Shown here piece after piece: positions 11,898 through 25,229 of a stretch of 64,000 nucleotides of DNA. The stretch spans positions 186,001 to 250,000 of the forward strand of contig NW_026515698.1 in NCBI RefSeq assembly GCF_025526975.1. Reading direction: 5' to 3'. How positions within the stretch are numbered: position 1 is the stretch's first letter; every line of letters begins with the position of its first letter. The DNA comes from Fimicolochytrium jonesii. Lineage: Eukaryota. A model generated the notes under the pieces. The model saw nothing but the letters and a program-made list of their open reading frames with translations, was not told the DNA's origin and did not search any database. Both the position numbers and the translations under genes were made by a program.

Positions 11898-12851
11898 TCA
11901 CTGCGAAGCGACACACTTTCCATCATCGCTCCACTCGAAACCGGCCTTGCAGTCGCACGCAGTTCCGTTCCACACAGCGTTAGGGTCTTCGCATTCACCG
12001 CCGCTACCAGGGTTACCAGGGTTGTCACCACCGCCGGGGGGTTTCAAGGGGAAATTAGCGATCACAAAGTCGCGCATGTTCTTCATGCAGTCCGCGCCAA
12101 GACGATTGTTCCACGTATCCTCGTTCTGAATGTCAGCAATGTACTCGACCAGCACTTGCGCGAAGAGCTCTATGAGGCTGCTCTGGGAGTACGGGTCGGG
12201 AACGCAAGTATCGGCGTTGACGGCGGCGGCCCACTCGGGGCCCAAGGACAAGTAGCCCGACCGAGCCTCCCAATCCCACGCATGCGCAGACTCATGGATG
12301 AGCACAGCCTTGAAGTAATTCATTCCGCCGCCAAGCAAAGTCATGCGGTTCCCATACGTCCATGCGCCGTTAGCTCCCGGGTCGGTCGGGCCTTGGATCT
12401 TGATGGATTTCGCGGCCTGGCGGAAGGGTTGCGGCATGATGGCGGCGGTGCTGATTACGTCGTCCAGGTTCGGATAGACGCCGTTGGGGCACATGCAGAA
12501 GTCTTGCTCGATGCCGTCGCTGTAAGTTACGTGGTAGTTTTTACCAGCGCCGATGACACCGGAGCAGCCCTTGTCATACGTGTCCTCGCAGGAGCGTTGG
12601 TCGTCGGTTTCCACGTACTCGTAGCCAATCTCGGGTAAGTATTCTAGATCGATGCAGGAGCCGATGCCTCCGGGGCATAGGACGGTTTTCTCTTTGAGGT
12701 TGATGTCGTCCAGAGCGTGCACGTCGCCGGGTTTTGAGGTTGCGAAGCATTCAGTGGGCTTCTTCAATGGAGATGAGTGGGAGACGGGGGCGGCTGCAGC
12801 GGTACAGGCGAGAGCCAGCAGCACGGCGAGGGATGAGCGGACGAACAGCAT
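11898..12851 (-). CDS. Secreted HEXXH metallopeptidase-like protein (CON-13-like) with C-terminal EGF-like module
   Basis: Signal peptide MLFVRSSLAVLLALACTAAA; VLIHESAHAWD; DTCVPDPYSQSSLIELFAQ; Gly/Pro linker then CEDPNAVWNGTACDCKAGFEWSDDGKC; intronless. Confidence 0.75.
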   Translation of the reverse strand: MLFVRSSLAVLLALACTAAAAPVSHSSPLKKPTECFATSKPGDVHALDDINLKEKTVLCPGGIGSCIDLEYLPEIGYEYVETDDQRSCEDTYDKGCSGVIGAGKNYHVTYSDGIEQDFCMCPNGVYPNLDDVISTAAIMPQPFRQAAKSIKIQGPTDPGANGAWTYGNRMTLLGGGMNYFKAVLIHESAHAWDWEARSGYLSLGPEWAAAVNADTCVPDPYSQSSLIELFAQVLVEYIADIQNEDTWNNRLGADCMKNMRDFVIANFPLKPPGGGDNPGNPGSGGECEDPNAVWNGTACDCKAGFEWSDDGKCVASQ

Positions 12852-14827
12852 TATGGAAGAGACGAATTGGAGGAGGTTAGAGGGCGGATTCGCTTGCTGA
12901 AACACGGACGACTGACACCGTCTGCCGTCCTTTTATCTTTGTGCGCTGCTTATGAGAAGTGCTGAGCGGTCCTAGCAGCACGTCGGTCTGCCATTCTGTC
13001 ATGAAGCCGAGTAAGTTGCTTGACTTCAGCGGCATTGCGGTAACAGGATATTACACACATCCGATCAAGTCAAGTCAAATGACCTAGTAGCGCCAAGGAG
13101 GATCATAGGCATCGCCCAGCCGTTCTGGTATGGCAATAATGGCCTTTCACGATGTAGGTTTCCCTACAGCAGCCCTACGGCGACAAACATGCCTGCGGGC
13201 AATAGCTCCGAATCCGTGTTCTCTGAGCATGTCCATGAGCGAAACGTTTCTAGGTTGGCAGCGCTCGGCGTTCGGGAGCATCATTCGACGGCACCGGAAC
13301 ATGTCAGGCACCAAGTCCTCCCCAGTTTGGAGGGCTACTCTCGCAGCGGATGCCGGTTCTCAAAGCGAAGGGGCTTTCTCGGGAGGCCGCTGAACATTAT
13401 CCAAAGCTAAGTGCCTGTGATGCTGGGCGCAAAGAGAGCCACCCGCCCCAATCCAAAAGAATCCAGGCCCTAGTGTTGCAAGGTGTAGATTTGTGAGAAA
13501 GCTGCATTGAACCTACAAATTCCAGCGTCAGCCGCAACCAGCCAATTGGCCATTCACATTGGAAGGCGCTTCTGCGCTGGAAGGCGTTGAAAGGCGCTTT
13601 CAAGGCTTCAACTGTTCAACAGGCGCGCTGTTCTCAAGCGTACTCCTACGGCCCATCCCACCAGCACAGTGCTTGCTCTCGTCAGTGCGGTGTCAAATTC
13701 GAAGAATCCAACTCAATTTTTCGACTCTTGCGAAAAATAGTTGTGTTCAAAATGTTTCTCGTACAACTTGTGGCGGTTCCTACGATTGGCGTCCTAAATT
13801 GTTTACATATGATGTCCTTGCAACTTCAATGAAGGTTGGCCGCTGTGCAGTGTGCACGCCGCAGGGTGCGCTACTGTTTTCCGATTCCCCAACACCGAAG
13901 GCTGTTTCCCTCACACCAATTTCCACTAGGGCAACGATCACTGGCATACCCAGTCGTCACGGTTGTGCATGGGAGTGGCCCTTACTTATGCGCGATCACC
14001 TACTACTCGTCATGTATGTAGTACCCTGATTGGGCGCCCTCCTAAAATGACACAGAATCTGTTTACGGGGGACCTTCCTGGAGCGCTGTTGGCCGCTAAA
14101 TGGTTGACCTTACACGGAACTGAGGTGCACTCGCTATTGCTCGCTCACCTCTTTGAGCTTTTGGATTGCTGGCGGGGTTGAATAATGGATTTGAGGCGAA
14201 TGGACGGGAATGGATGACGCCCCTCTGGTGCAGCGTCACTTTTACTTCCTCTGATGTCGCCCCTTTTCCGTCTCTTTGAACTTACTATCTGCCTCATTCA
14301 ATGCAAATTTTTTTGTTGCTTGGAACGGTGGGCCCTCGTCCGTAGGGTTTCCGAAGAAGCGATGTGTCAGTGGGGACGTCTCCCTCTGTCCGAATGTGAT
14401 TTGCAGGGATCCTCGGAGGTTTCATGTGTGTATGGTTTTGTGTGTTAACATCCGAGCATGGGTTCTATCGTGGGATTGGTCGTCACGAGAATTGTGCGAG
14501 AATGACCGTAAATCGACAGCACCGCATTCGGGGGACGTATCCGACCAACAAGCGCAGACGGCATAGGAGCAAGCCTGAAACCCATGGTCCCGAGTGGACT
14601 AAATGTATGCGGAACACCTGGAAAAGGTTCCTCGACCGGTCTCAGCCTATTTACGCCAATGATGAGTGTTGCGCACAACTTGAATGTATTGTCAAATGGA
14701 TCAGGATTTTGAAAAACAAAGCACAGAACAACTATGAACAACGACTACCGAGAGTGGCTGTCGTCGCAACTCCACGTCTCGGCGAGTTCCTCTGCGCAGA
14801 TCATACGGCCACCACCAATTGGCAAGC

Positions 14828-16042
14828 TTACTGAACGACTTCCAAGATCGCCTGGACAAGCACCGCACTATTCACCAACTCCATGTGAGGCGTAGATCTA
14901 TCCAAAAGATGCTTCTTTGCCTTCCAACTCTCCACAATCTCTTTATCCTTCTGAGCCATCTCTTCCAAAGTCCATCCAAACGGGTTCTCGCCCTTTCCAT
15001 TAACGAGGATAGTTTCCCTCACGACCCTCTTCTCATCATCGTCATGGTCATAGACCCATCGGCTTGGAGCTTCTACTTCCCTCGCGCTCTCCGCGATAGT
15101 GGTGGGCAAAGTGCGGAGCTCCTGGTTGAATCTGCGGAGAAGGAAGCCGGTGGCAAACATGTTGAGGAGGGTTGAACTTTCGGAGAACGTGGGTGTGAGA
15201 GTAGTGGCACTTTTACGCTGAACGCTGCGTTTGAGCGCGCTACCGACGAGGATGAGGTCCGTAAAGGGGCGGATAAGTGCCAGATCGGCGAGGACGGAGA
15301 CAAAAGGCAAAACAGCAGAGAGACGTGACATGTTCTTCCTGAATGCTTCTTTGGCCTTCGGATCAGCCTCGAGAGCGTGCGAAGGGGTCGGGTCGGCGAG
15401 CACGACGGCACGAATTTTGGCTTTTGGCGTGGACGAAGTTTCAGAAAGTTTGGTCTGGCGTTGCTTGATCAAACGCTGGATGTACGCTTGGACGACCGCA
15501 CATCCCATCGAGTGCCCGACGATCACGAACGAAGTTGGGCTGCTGGCAAGGATCGGCCCCTCAATCTGCAAATAATGCATGAAGGCAGCGAACTCGTCTG
15601 TATGGCTAGCAATAGTGAGTTCCCGCGGATCCCTAACGTTATGCGTTGTCGTGAATCGATCATAAGCGACACTGGCCACTCCGTTAGCGGCAAGGTGACG
15701 CTGCAAGGCCCGCCAATACTCTGCCGAGAGTCCGTTGCCTGCCACGAGCACGACGATGTTGTGTTCCTTCGACGGGACGCCAGCAACATAGTAGGGTATG
15801 CGTGTGGTCTGAGTCAGAGGCCCGGTGAGGACACCCTCGACTTCGGTCCCGGCTGGCATCTCTGCGAGTCGTCGTTCTTTCCGAGCAAGACGGCGCCGGT
15901 GGGTCGCATAGGCGCGGAGGTGGTGGGTTGCCAAATAGACAGCGTAGACAGCTCCCGCTATGGCTACATTGGTGCTGACCTTGGTCGAGGAGAAACTGAA
16001 GGAGCGAGGGGAGAAATGAAGATTGGCGAAAAGCTGCGTCAT
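14828..16042 (-). CDS. Alpha/beta hydrolase with N-terminal membrane anchor
   Basis: Nucleophile elbow VIVGHSMG, VASVAYDR, hydrophobic VAIAGAVYAVYLA, C-terminal His in STPHME. Confidence 0.85.
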   Translation of the reverse strand: MTQLFANLHFSPRSFSFSSTKVSTNVAIAGAVYAVYLATHHLRAYATHRRRLARKERRLAEMPAGTEVEGVLTGPLTQTTRIPYYVAGVPSKEHNIVVLVAGNGLSAEYWRALQRHLAANGVASVAYDRFTTTHNVRDPRELTIASHTDEFAAFMHYLQIEGPILASSPTSFVIVGHSMGCAVVQAYIQRLIKQRQTKLSETSSTPKAKIRAVVLADPTPSHALEADPKAKEAFRKNMSRLSAVLPFVSVLADLALIRPFTDLILVGSALKRSVQRKSATTLTPTFSESSTLLNMFATGFLLRRFNQELRTLPTTIAESAREVEAPSRWVYDHDDDEKRVVRETILVNGKGENPFGWTLEEMAQKDKEIVESWKAKKHLLDRSTPHMELVNSAVLVQAILEVVQ

Positions 16043-16381
16043 GATGATGTGCGATCTTGGTGAGCCTGCAAGATGCCTTCGCGTTCTTTTCCAGCTCAGT
16101 GACGTGCGAGACACAACTTGGGTAGAATTGCTTCTATGCCTGGTTTCGGTGTCAGTATGGAATCGACAACTAGGATGAGGACGCCTGTTGAGGTTGCCTG
16201 TTCTATACCTTTTTATATCCCTTCTGGAGAAGACGGTCGTTTGACCACCTGTCTGACATTTCCGACTCGGCAGCGTCTCCTCACGCGTCTCAGTAGTCTC
16301 AGTTCCATGTCAGAAAGGTCAGAACATTCCCACGCTGGCTAGGCAACCGCATAGTATTGCTACTGTTTAAATAGCTGTGCA

Positions 16382-19300
16382 ATGGCTCTGACGGACCAGC
16401 CCGCACTTCTGCGTTCCACATCATCGTCGTTATCAACTTCACCGGTTTATGCCTATATTCACAATGTCTTGAAGTCGCCCGTCGTTTGTGAAGCTATCCC
16501 GTGCTACTTCCCAGCGTTAGCGGACCGCTTTTCTGGCGGTGCTCAGGCTCTTTGGATCAAGGTATGGGATTTATCAGACAGTGTGTATAATCGAAGTTGC
16601 TGCTAACCTGCCTGCCCTGGTGGCAATTTGCTTCAGGAACATACGCTGGAACTGAGAATATTGACTTCTGGCCTGGGCGACGAACCTCTTTGGACTACCG
16701 TTATAGAGCAACCCGTGTTTGGGCAGATTAGAGCGGTGGCTGTTTGCTTCCTGAGAAAAAGTCAGCTTGCTTCATATGGTAGCGCGGCGTCAGCCAGCAC
16801 AGACGCACGGTGTCCATGTGAGGGCAACGAAAACGAAACAGGAGAGCCTCATGTCGTGTGCACTTCCGATTCCGGATACTTGAGCATTCTCAGGGTAGAA
16901 TGCGATGATGATGGAAGGGCTCAGTTTGTCGCTGTGCAGCAGGTGCGTCAGTTTGGATTGGTTCGAGTTAGGTAGCTGTGCATTCTGAGAAGTCTGGTAA
17001 GAGGAGGATGGGCAATGAGAGATCTATTATCTTTGCGGGACATGGACTCCGACTACACTAGAAGTAGCACCACACACACTCAATATGTTTTCCTCAATAT
17101 CATTCCTCATGTTTGCCAACCGTGATTCACCAGATTGCACTTGACAAACCTGGTTTAGATTCTACTGAGCTGGGGCACGCCATTGCTGTAGATCCTCTGT
17201 ATGTGGGCTTTCATTCTGACGTGGGAGGCCGAACATTCGGAACTCACTTCACTCTCACAGTTCGCGAGCACTTGCTGTATCCGCTTTGGAACAAAAAGTC
17301 AAGATCTATGACTTGTCCGATGGGACCGGGAGCATAGCAGAGGCGCAGGTACGACGATGTGACAAACGGACATGTCCCTCTGCTGCTACTCATCCTTTCC
17401 TGGGCAGTTTGTGATAGTGGAAGAGACGGGCATAATATGGCGCATCGCCTTCGTTCAGCCTGACTCAGCCACCGACCTTGTCCGGCTTGTCATCGTGAAA
17501 ACATCGTACGTGGGGTTGTTAGCCTGCACTGGAGATGCTTTTCGGCTCAATGTTTGCGTCTGTGATTCAGGAACGGCGCGCTATCGGTCGTTATCACTGA
17601 GTATGATGCGACAAAGTCGTTCGCGAGCATGCGACGATGGGCTGAACATGTGGTTGCGCAAGGTAAAGCTTGCGATGCCTCATGAGCGTTCTTATTACAT
17701 ACACAACGACTCACTGTCTGTGACATCACAGATGCTGTGCCGCTGGAAGTGCTCGCTCTTAGAAGTCTTCCGAACTCTTTAATCATCATAACGGTAAACT
17801 CCGCACTTTAAATGATTCTTATAGCCCGGACTAGCGTCTGACATGTGGATCATCCCTCGCCCCCAGGACTCCAGCATGCACTTCGTACGAATAGGATCCA
17901 CTCGCCTCGAGCTAGTTGATCTTCCTCCCCTTCGAATCTCCCAAGACACTCCTGTTCACCAAACCCCAATAGCAGCCACACGCACATGTTCCCACCCGCT
18001 CGCAAGTGCAGACACAATCTTCGTCGCCACAGAGGAGGAACATCTCTTCCGATTGGACTTCGCTGCCGGGGAGAAAGAGGTTTCGATTCGCCATGTCGAG
18101 CATGTGAAGTTTAGTGTACGAGCCATGGCGGCGTTTCCGATGTTGGATGACGCGAGTGGAGATGGCTCGACGTGGGTGGCTATGTTTGGAGATATGTGCG
18201 ATGGAGTGACGCTTGCGGTAAGCGGCATGGATACTCGGATGTCCAAACGTCACGTCCTAACGCGCATTGTCCATCCAGCTGGACGCAAACTCAACTCCTA
18301 TCTCCGAGTCCACCATCCCGAACTGGGCACCTATCGTCGACTTCAAGCTGGTCGATATCCACCGAGAAGGACACGACTCCCTGCTGCTCACCAGCGGTCG
18401 GCTGAATCACAGCCCCAGACCGGCGGGCAGTATCAGGGAGATCAGGAACGGGATTGCGGTGAACGTGCATGCGTCTGTTGAAGATGGGGCTGTGGGGTGA
18501 GAGACTGCTGTTTGCTGGGAGCATTCGCAAGATGTCAGACAGGAGGACTGATTGGGTTTGATGCAGTGCTTCCGCTCTTTGGGGACTCAAGCGGGGTGTT
18601 GATTCCAAAGAAGATACCTTCATTGTGATCTCATTTGTGGACGAAACCAGAGTAATGGCTTTGCAAGGTATGAAAATACCATCGCTGAAGTACGTTCACA
18701 TGTGCACCATTTCACGTCTTCCATCGCAGACGGCGAGCTCGAGGACATAAGCGCTATAAGCGGTTTCGATACATCCTTCCCCACCCTATGTGCCTCAGCC
18801 CTGTCCCTCGGAAAAGACACCCTGCACGCCCAAATACATTCGCACGGGGTCGTTATCTCGAACTTATCCGACTGCATTGATAAGCCGTCTGAACCCGTGC
18901 GAAAGTTGGCGTGGGAACCACCACCTGAGGATTCGAATGTGGCGGACGAAGGTCATACGCGTGCGAGACTGCTGTTTGGGGGCGCAGTGAGCGACTTGCT
19001 GGTAGTCTGCACGGCGAAGATGGTGTATTGTCTGCAGGTTGTAAGGCAATCGTGAGTAATCGTGGGGTCTTGCTCGAGAAAGCCATAGCGGATCCCAAGC
19101 TGACGTGACCCATTCCTTCGTTAGCTTCACCGGGTTCCTCCCCGATATCAACATCCGGCGAGTCGCGCAAGTGGATCTCTCAATAGCGGGAATCACCCCA
19201 TCCTGTCTCTACACATTCTCCTTACCAACCCTCGCTCCCGACGATGTTCCATCTTCCATCCCTCCCGCCCCAAGACGTTTCTGCGCAATCGGAACATTCT

Positions 19301-22136
19301 CCCCATCAATACTCCTCCTGTCGCTCAACTCTGACCACGGCAGTGAAGCACTAAGTGTCGCAGCCCACGTCTCGTTAGACAATCTCGGCGCAGAGGGAAG
19401 TATTTGTATACCCCAATCCTTCGCAGTCGTCAGAGATTCCGACTCGGCACACGAAAATCCAGGCAGTTTGTTCCTAGCGGGGTTGCGAGACGGGACACTC
19501 GTGTCCTTCCGAATAGTCTCGGAAGCCAGCGGAGGAATCTCGCTTACGCAGGCTAAGGCTCGACGGCTTGGATACTTCCCGGTCCAGCTAGTGACGGATA
19601 CGAGGGACGCGGCGGATTTTGCGCTTGCGTTGGCTGATACGCCGTGGAAGGTGTCGGTGGGGGAGTTGGGGGAGACGAAGTTGGAGAGTTTGTCGTGTCC
19701 TAGGGTGAGTTTTGTCAGTGACTAGGGACTGTTGGCAGCAAGCGAATGTTAGCTCACATGTATTTTCACAGATCATACACGCCACTCCGTTCAACTTCCC
19801 CAACATCGCACATGGCTACATGACATTGTCCAAGAACAGCATGCAGTTCATCGAACTGGACACGCAGAAGCGGATCAATATGCGGGCCGCGGAAGTCGAT
19901 CAGGTAATGTTGCCTCGATATGTCTACGGAATGGTAGAATGATCCCTCCGACGACTGACCATGTGGATGGACGTTACAGATTCCGCGACGCATCTTGTAC
20001 GATGAGGTGACGCGAAAAGCGGTGGTTGCCGTTTCGTCACCGGGCAATAGTCGGAATCCTCGGTCGGAGATCATAGTTATGGATTCATTGAGGTATAGGG
20101 CCGATGATATGCGACATGTAATGTTGATAACACTTTAACATATCCTGCATGCTTAGCGGAAAGGTTTACGTCAAGGAGAAGCTCCAACCCAACGAAGTCG
20201 TTTACGCTTTGACATGTAAGTGGAAGCTCAGCCCGCTCATAGGAACGCATGGCTGGTATATCCACATCACTTTCACTGACACACCTTTCGCTCTCAGCTT
20301 GGAACGTAAAAGAAGGCAAACGCTACATCTGCGTCGGCACATGGGGCTACATTCCACCCTCACCGCCCTCGCCAGACCCAAATGCCACTCCAGAACGCAA
20401 AGGCCGAGTTCTAGTATACAATCTCAAAGCGTATGAGAAGAAAGACCGAGATCGCGATACCTCAATGGAGATTGATGATTTAGATGTGAGGAGGAGGCCG
20501 ACGCCGGTGGGTAATGGCTGGTGAGGTAGAGTTGATTCCTCAAGGGAGACGTAAGCTGAGACGTGTGTGGGTAGGAGAAAAAGTCGGTTATGTATAAGAT
20601 GAAGCGACTTGGGGAAATGTTCCTCAAGGGACCAGTGCATGCGATTTCTCCATTCGTGAACAGGTATGACTGAGTTTTCGTCTTGCTTTTGAGGTTAACC
20701 ATATCCTCCTACACAGCCTCACTTTTGTGTTCCAACCTTTAGCTACCTACTGGCCTCCGCAGGCGATGTGTTCTACCAACTCAAGATCGATGCACATACG
20801 AGAAAGTATGGCTTACAAACACCTACTGCTCCGGCTGTTTATGGCACGTGTATTGACTTCCGTCCTATGCTTCGTTTCACAGGCTAGTTGTTCGCACAAC
20901 GGTACAATGTCGATGGCCTATCCAAAGCATTGGTGTATATGGCACCCGCGTGGTCATGGGAGGGCAGCGCGAGTCAGTTTCGTATTGGGACTATGACCTT
21001 GCTACGAAGAAGTTTACGTTTCTGAAAAGGTGGGTCTTGCGTGTCATCAAAAGAACGTCATACAATAAAGTGTTCTGGAGGTCCATCTGAACAAGCGTGG
21101 TTATTTTTTGGATTATAGTGATCGGTATTCCCGTCCCATCGCCGACTGTCTCCCCTTCTCCGACTCTCTCACAATGGCAACCGACAAGTGCGGCACGCTT
21201 GTCTGCTTCTCCTCTGGCTCAAATTCAGCAGCGACGGAGCGCACCCTGGATACCGTCTTCAGCTTCTACCTCGGTGAAACGATCCCGAAGCTCCATATGG
21301 GTTCCCTGAGCAAGGATCTGACGTCTCATCAGTCAAGGGCTGTCGCTTCGGCAGTAGGCTCCTCGTCTCTATACCCTTCTGCGAAGCCGCCTATCGAAGG
21401 TGTACCGCCTGCCGAATCGGTTCGCTGGCCAGGCACGGCCGATGACGACGTTATCTCAATACTGTGGCATTCCGCATCCGAAGGTCCATCGTCTTCAGTC
21501 GGGACAAGCACAGTGTCTCTACCAGACGCGAGCAAAGCAGATTTCTCGAAACCTGTTCGCTATTACCAATCGGCGTCACGCTCAGTATCGCAATATGAGG
21601 CAAAGTTGCACAGCTCGGCCGAAGTTCTGTATGGATGCTCGGTACTAGGAAGCGTATTTGCGATCGCTCGAATCGAGAAGGATGCGTATCGCAAATTGAA
21701 GACTTTGGAGGAAGTTCTGGCGCAGATTGAAGCGACTAAACCGTTGCTCGGTAAGTCTTTGTTGGGCCCGTTGGCCGTAGTCGCCCACAAACCGCTGTGT
21801 TCACTCGAGACATTACCAGGCAACGACCATTCGCGGTACCGCGCTCAAGGCCCCGATCAACCCACCTTTTCCGTCAAAGCAACGCCGAGCGGCCCAGCTC
21901 CCCTCGTCCCCATCACATCAACAAAACCGCACTCGACAACCAACGTAATCGACGGAATCCTCATCTCCCAGTTTCTATTACTCTCCCGTCAATCTCAATC
22001 CGCCATCATGGACCTCTGGAACGAGCGGTGGGCAGAACTGAACCCGATTATGATGCTGCAAGGTGAAGCGACTGCTCAGTTTGGTGTTGACGACATGCTG
22101 AGGTTGATTCGCGGCGTGCAGCGTGTTTGCTGCTGA
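16382..22136 (+). CDS. Multi-exon DDB1/Mms1/Rse1 (CPSF-A family) beta-propeller protein
   Basis: Exons encode IEQPVFGQIRAV, NWAPIVDFKLVD...LLTSGR...GSIREIRNGI, FLAGLRDGTLVSF, YICVGT...KGRVLVY and NVIDGILISQFL; many GT-AG introns. Exact orthology (Mms1-like vs DDB1) is uncertain. Confidence 0.8.
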
Positions 22137-22385
22137 TGCGGTCCATACTCCGGGTGTATATGCGTGGTGTATCGTCTCGATTGCTTCGGATAGCTTCGTC
22201 TAGCAGGAGCAAGATGTAATTAGCGAGTTTTTGGCAATGAAATGATGTAGATACCGCATGGAAAGATAACGGACATGGGTCCTCAAGCGTGCCACCGTTT
22301 CGTTCAGTGAGATGGAAAGATGGAACGCACAGAAAATGTGACAGATCGCGCTGTCGTATTCTGTCAAGGCCGGGATTTAACGCGA

Positions 22386-22815
22386 TTAAGGGAATCCGAG
22401 CATTTCACGCATCCTCGAAGTTAGAATGGCTACGTTTTGAATCGAGGCTTTTTGCCTCTCAATGGAGGGCAGCGAACCCTCTGGTTCAATTCTATACACT
22501 TTTTGCCGAGGCCACGCAGTGATGGTTGCCAAAGCACCCTCGAGCGGAAATCTGATGTCGATCGGATCCACGAGCTCGAAGGAAACGACGTAAGCCGCTC
22601 GATCCGGATGAGCTTGGTGTGCTTGAAGGAAAGGTGTCATCTGATCAAGCTTTCGGAGCTGGACATTGCTGTAGAGGTTAACGAGCCATGCCACTGACGA
22701 CACACTCTCACAAGCTTTCCCCGAGTTTCGGGTGATGCATGCTTCGCAATTTCGCAGATGATTTCGAAAGGGAGATCGGGATGCTCGTGGCTCGGCTTTC
22801 GACGGCTGATGCCAT
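22386..22815 (-). pseudogene. Frameshifted tandem paralogue of the adjacent F-box gene
   Basis: MASAVES.../PDLPFEIICEIAKHASPETRGKLVRVCRQWHGSL/NLYSNV is split over different frames; closely parallels MASAIES...LPFEVIGEIAKH...LVRVCRQWHDSLIRNLY at 24182. Confidence 0.8.
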
Positions 22816-23378
22816 GTTGCCCTTTGAAGATAGGCTCGTTGTTATAAAAAAGCGGCGATACGTCGTGGGAGTGTTCAAAGTTTGGCTGTTTCGCTGCATC
22901 CTTTTGTATGTGTTTCGCCTCTTCACACCTCTCCACAAATCGGGTTTGAGGGGAGAACAAACCTGTCAGACGTGCGACGCGCTGTCGATATTCTGGCTTC
23001 CGAGTCGGCGCAGGGAATTGTGAAACGGTTGACTTTTAGAAGGAACTGCATTACGGTGCCCTACACTCGCCCCGAGGAGCGCTGGGTCATGTATCTGTGG
23101 TACATCAATGGTTTTCCCATTGGGACAGAGCATGGATTCCTTTGAATCGGCAAGAAGGCGTCACACCAGCACCTATCCTACACCAGCACATTGCCTGACA
23201 GAGGGTATTTGCCGTCCGAATGCGAAATATTACATCCCATATGTCGAACATTTGTTCTCGTTAGCAAGTTCCCAGGGAATTTGTTTAGCAACAAAGCTCG
23301 TGCTGGGGAAATGCAAATCAGTAGGAAGCCGCAGGATCGGGCGGAGACGAGATGCGTACCTCAACATGCCATCAGTGT

Positions 23379-24182
23379 TCACTCCGGACGTTTGTGTTTG
23401 ATCTCACTGACCTTCACCGTGTCCGGAAAGTGGACCTTTTGAAAGAGGATCAAGGCGCGGGAAAGGCGAGCTTCGACCAGACTTGGAAACAGTCGCCGGA
23501 GATAGTTCGTCTCCCAGTTCATACTATGTATCCCAGACCAAAGTGGTCCGTCGCCTATTGTGAGGGTGACCAGTTTGGGGAAGGAAGGCGGAAACGCACT
23601 CCTACACATATTTCCGCGTTGAAACTCTGCGGACAAAAGTTGTGGAGCGGCGCAGTTTATGAGTTTTTTGATCAATGGTCGTAGGGGAGTATTGTAGATC
23701 CACTGGTTGGGGTCTATAGTTTCGTACAGTGGGATGTTGTTCAGATCGATGTACAGATGTCCATGCAAGAGGGAGATGGTGACATGACGTAACACACATT
23801 CGGGCGGTGAGTCCGCAGCGAAGTAGATGATGTGAAATTCTCTCACTGAGGTGCACCATGGGAGAACGGCTGAAAGCAAGACATTCGAATATTTCTCGTC
23901 CCCGGGGACTTCAAAATCGACAATTGGTATTTCCAGTTTGGAGATCCAGGCGCGGCGATTGCGATGTTCAGAAAGCGTGTCATAGAACACTCGCAACTTT
24001 GGTTCCTTACTGATGGTTACAGATGTGTACAGGTTCCTGATAAGGGAGTCATGCCATTGGCGGCACACCCTGACGAGCTTGTTCAGGTTCCCGGGACTTG
24101 AGTGCTTTGCGATCTCGCCGATGACTTCGAAAGGGAGGTTGGGGACCATGATGCTCTCCGGGCTTTCGATTGCGGATGCCAT
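23379..24182 (-). CDS. F-box protein (3' structure uncertain; may be spliced or truncated)
   Basis: F-box PNLPFEVIGEIAKH...KLVRVCRQWHDSLIRNLYTSVTI followed by an LRR-like region. Confidence 0.7.
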   Translation of the reverse strand: MASAIESPESIMVPNLPFEVIGEIAKHSSPGNLNKLVRVCRQWHDSLIRNLYTSVTISKEPKLRVFYDTLSEHRNRRAWISKLEIPIVDFEVPGDEKYSNVLLSAVLPWCTSVREFHIIYFAADSPPECVLRHVTISLLHGHLYIDLNNIPLYETIDPNQWIYNTPLRPLIKKLINCAAPQLLSAEFQRGNMCRSAFPPSFPKLVTLTIGDGPLWSGIHSMNWETNYLRRLFPSLVEARLSRALILFQKVHFPDTVKVSEIKHKRPE

Positions 24183-25229
24183 GTCGTCGTTTTGACAAGG
24201 GGCTGGTGAAGATCAGAGCACCTACGTTACGAGGTACAGCGATGTGTACAAGTAAACAGGCGCTTTGAGGCCTGGGCGTGGGCACCAGCGTGGGCACGGT
24301 CCACCATAAAGTTAACCTTGGCAAAGCTGGTTCTTTGAGCGAGAGAGAGCCGAGGGCTCACTGCGCGGAGCAAAGCGTTGAAACGATATCGACCGTAAAG
24401 CAACAGCGCGGTCTCCCAGACAGAATTGAAGTTTCGGTCAGTTGTAGTGTTCGTTCTTCGCTTTTACAAGATCGTGTCAAGCCCGAAGATGTAGACGTTG
24501 AAGATTATGGTAATAGCACACGTTAAAGTTAGTGTGATGTCTGGTGAGCAGCCATGCGCTTATAATAGGCCGGGAAAGACCAGCGAGCTTTGCTTGCGCA
24601 CACCGAGCGAACCGAACGCTTCTCCATCATCCTGCAAAGGTGGTTCTGAGAAAGAAAGAGGTGCGACTAGTCTAGATATGAACCGTTGACAAGGCAGGGC
24701 CGAGCGCCCAAGTCCAAAGACGGAGGGCTGTGTATGCGAGTGTAAATCACAGTATTCATGACCAGATCTGGTTTTACGGTTTCGTGAATCACCAGTGTTC
24801 CTCGCACTTCAAATCTCCAGACCCAACGCAGATGAAACCCAAAATGCCAACAACGGCCTGCCGGGGAACTGAGCACCTAAATCACTTATATGCTATAAAC
24901 TGACGACTCGGCCGGCGACCGATGCTAATCCACATACACCCTGACGCATCATGCCGCGACTATGCGGCCCAGCTTGGGAAACTCTTGCTCGCCCCAATCA
25001 ACTTTCGTTTCTGGAATTTGCTCTGCCACGTAAGCCCGGATCATGCGACCAACGCATTGGGACCTAAGACAAGAGGGCCAGATGGTGGCATGCAACTCAT
25101 GATCCCATCAAGAACCGATCAAGCAGAGATACATTCCAAGCTCTAGAACCTATATTTGAGCAATACTTTACAGTGCACGGCGGCAGGGGTTCTCCTGACA
25201 AATCCGCCATATTACATTCCACAACACCC

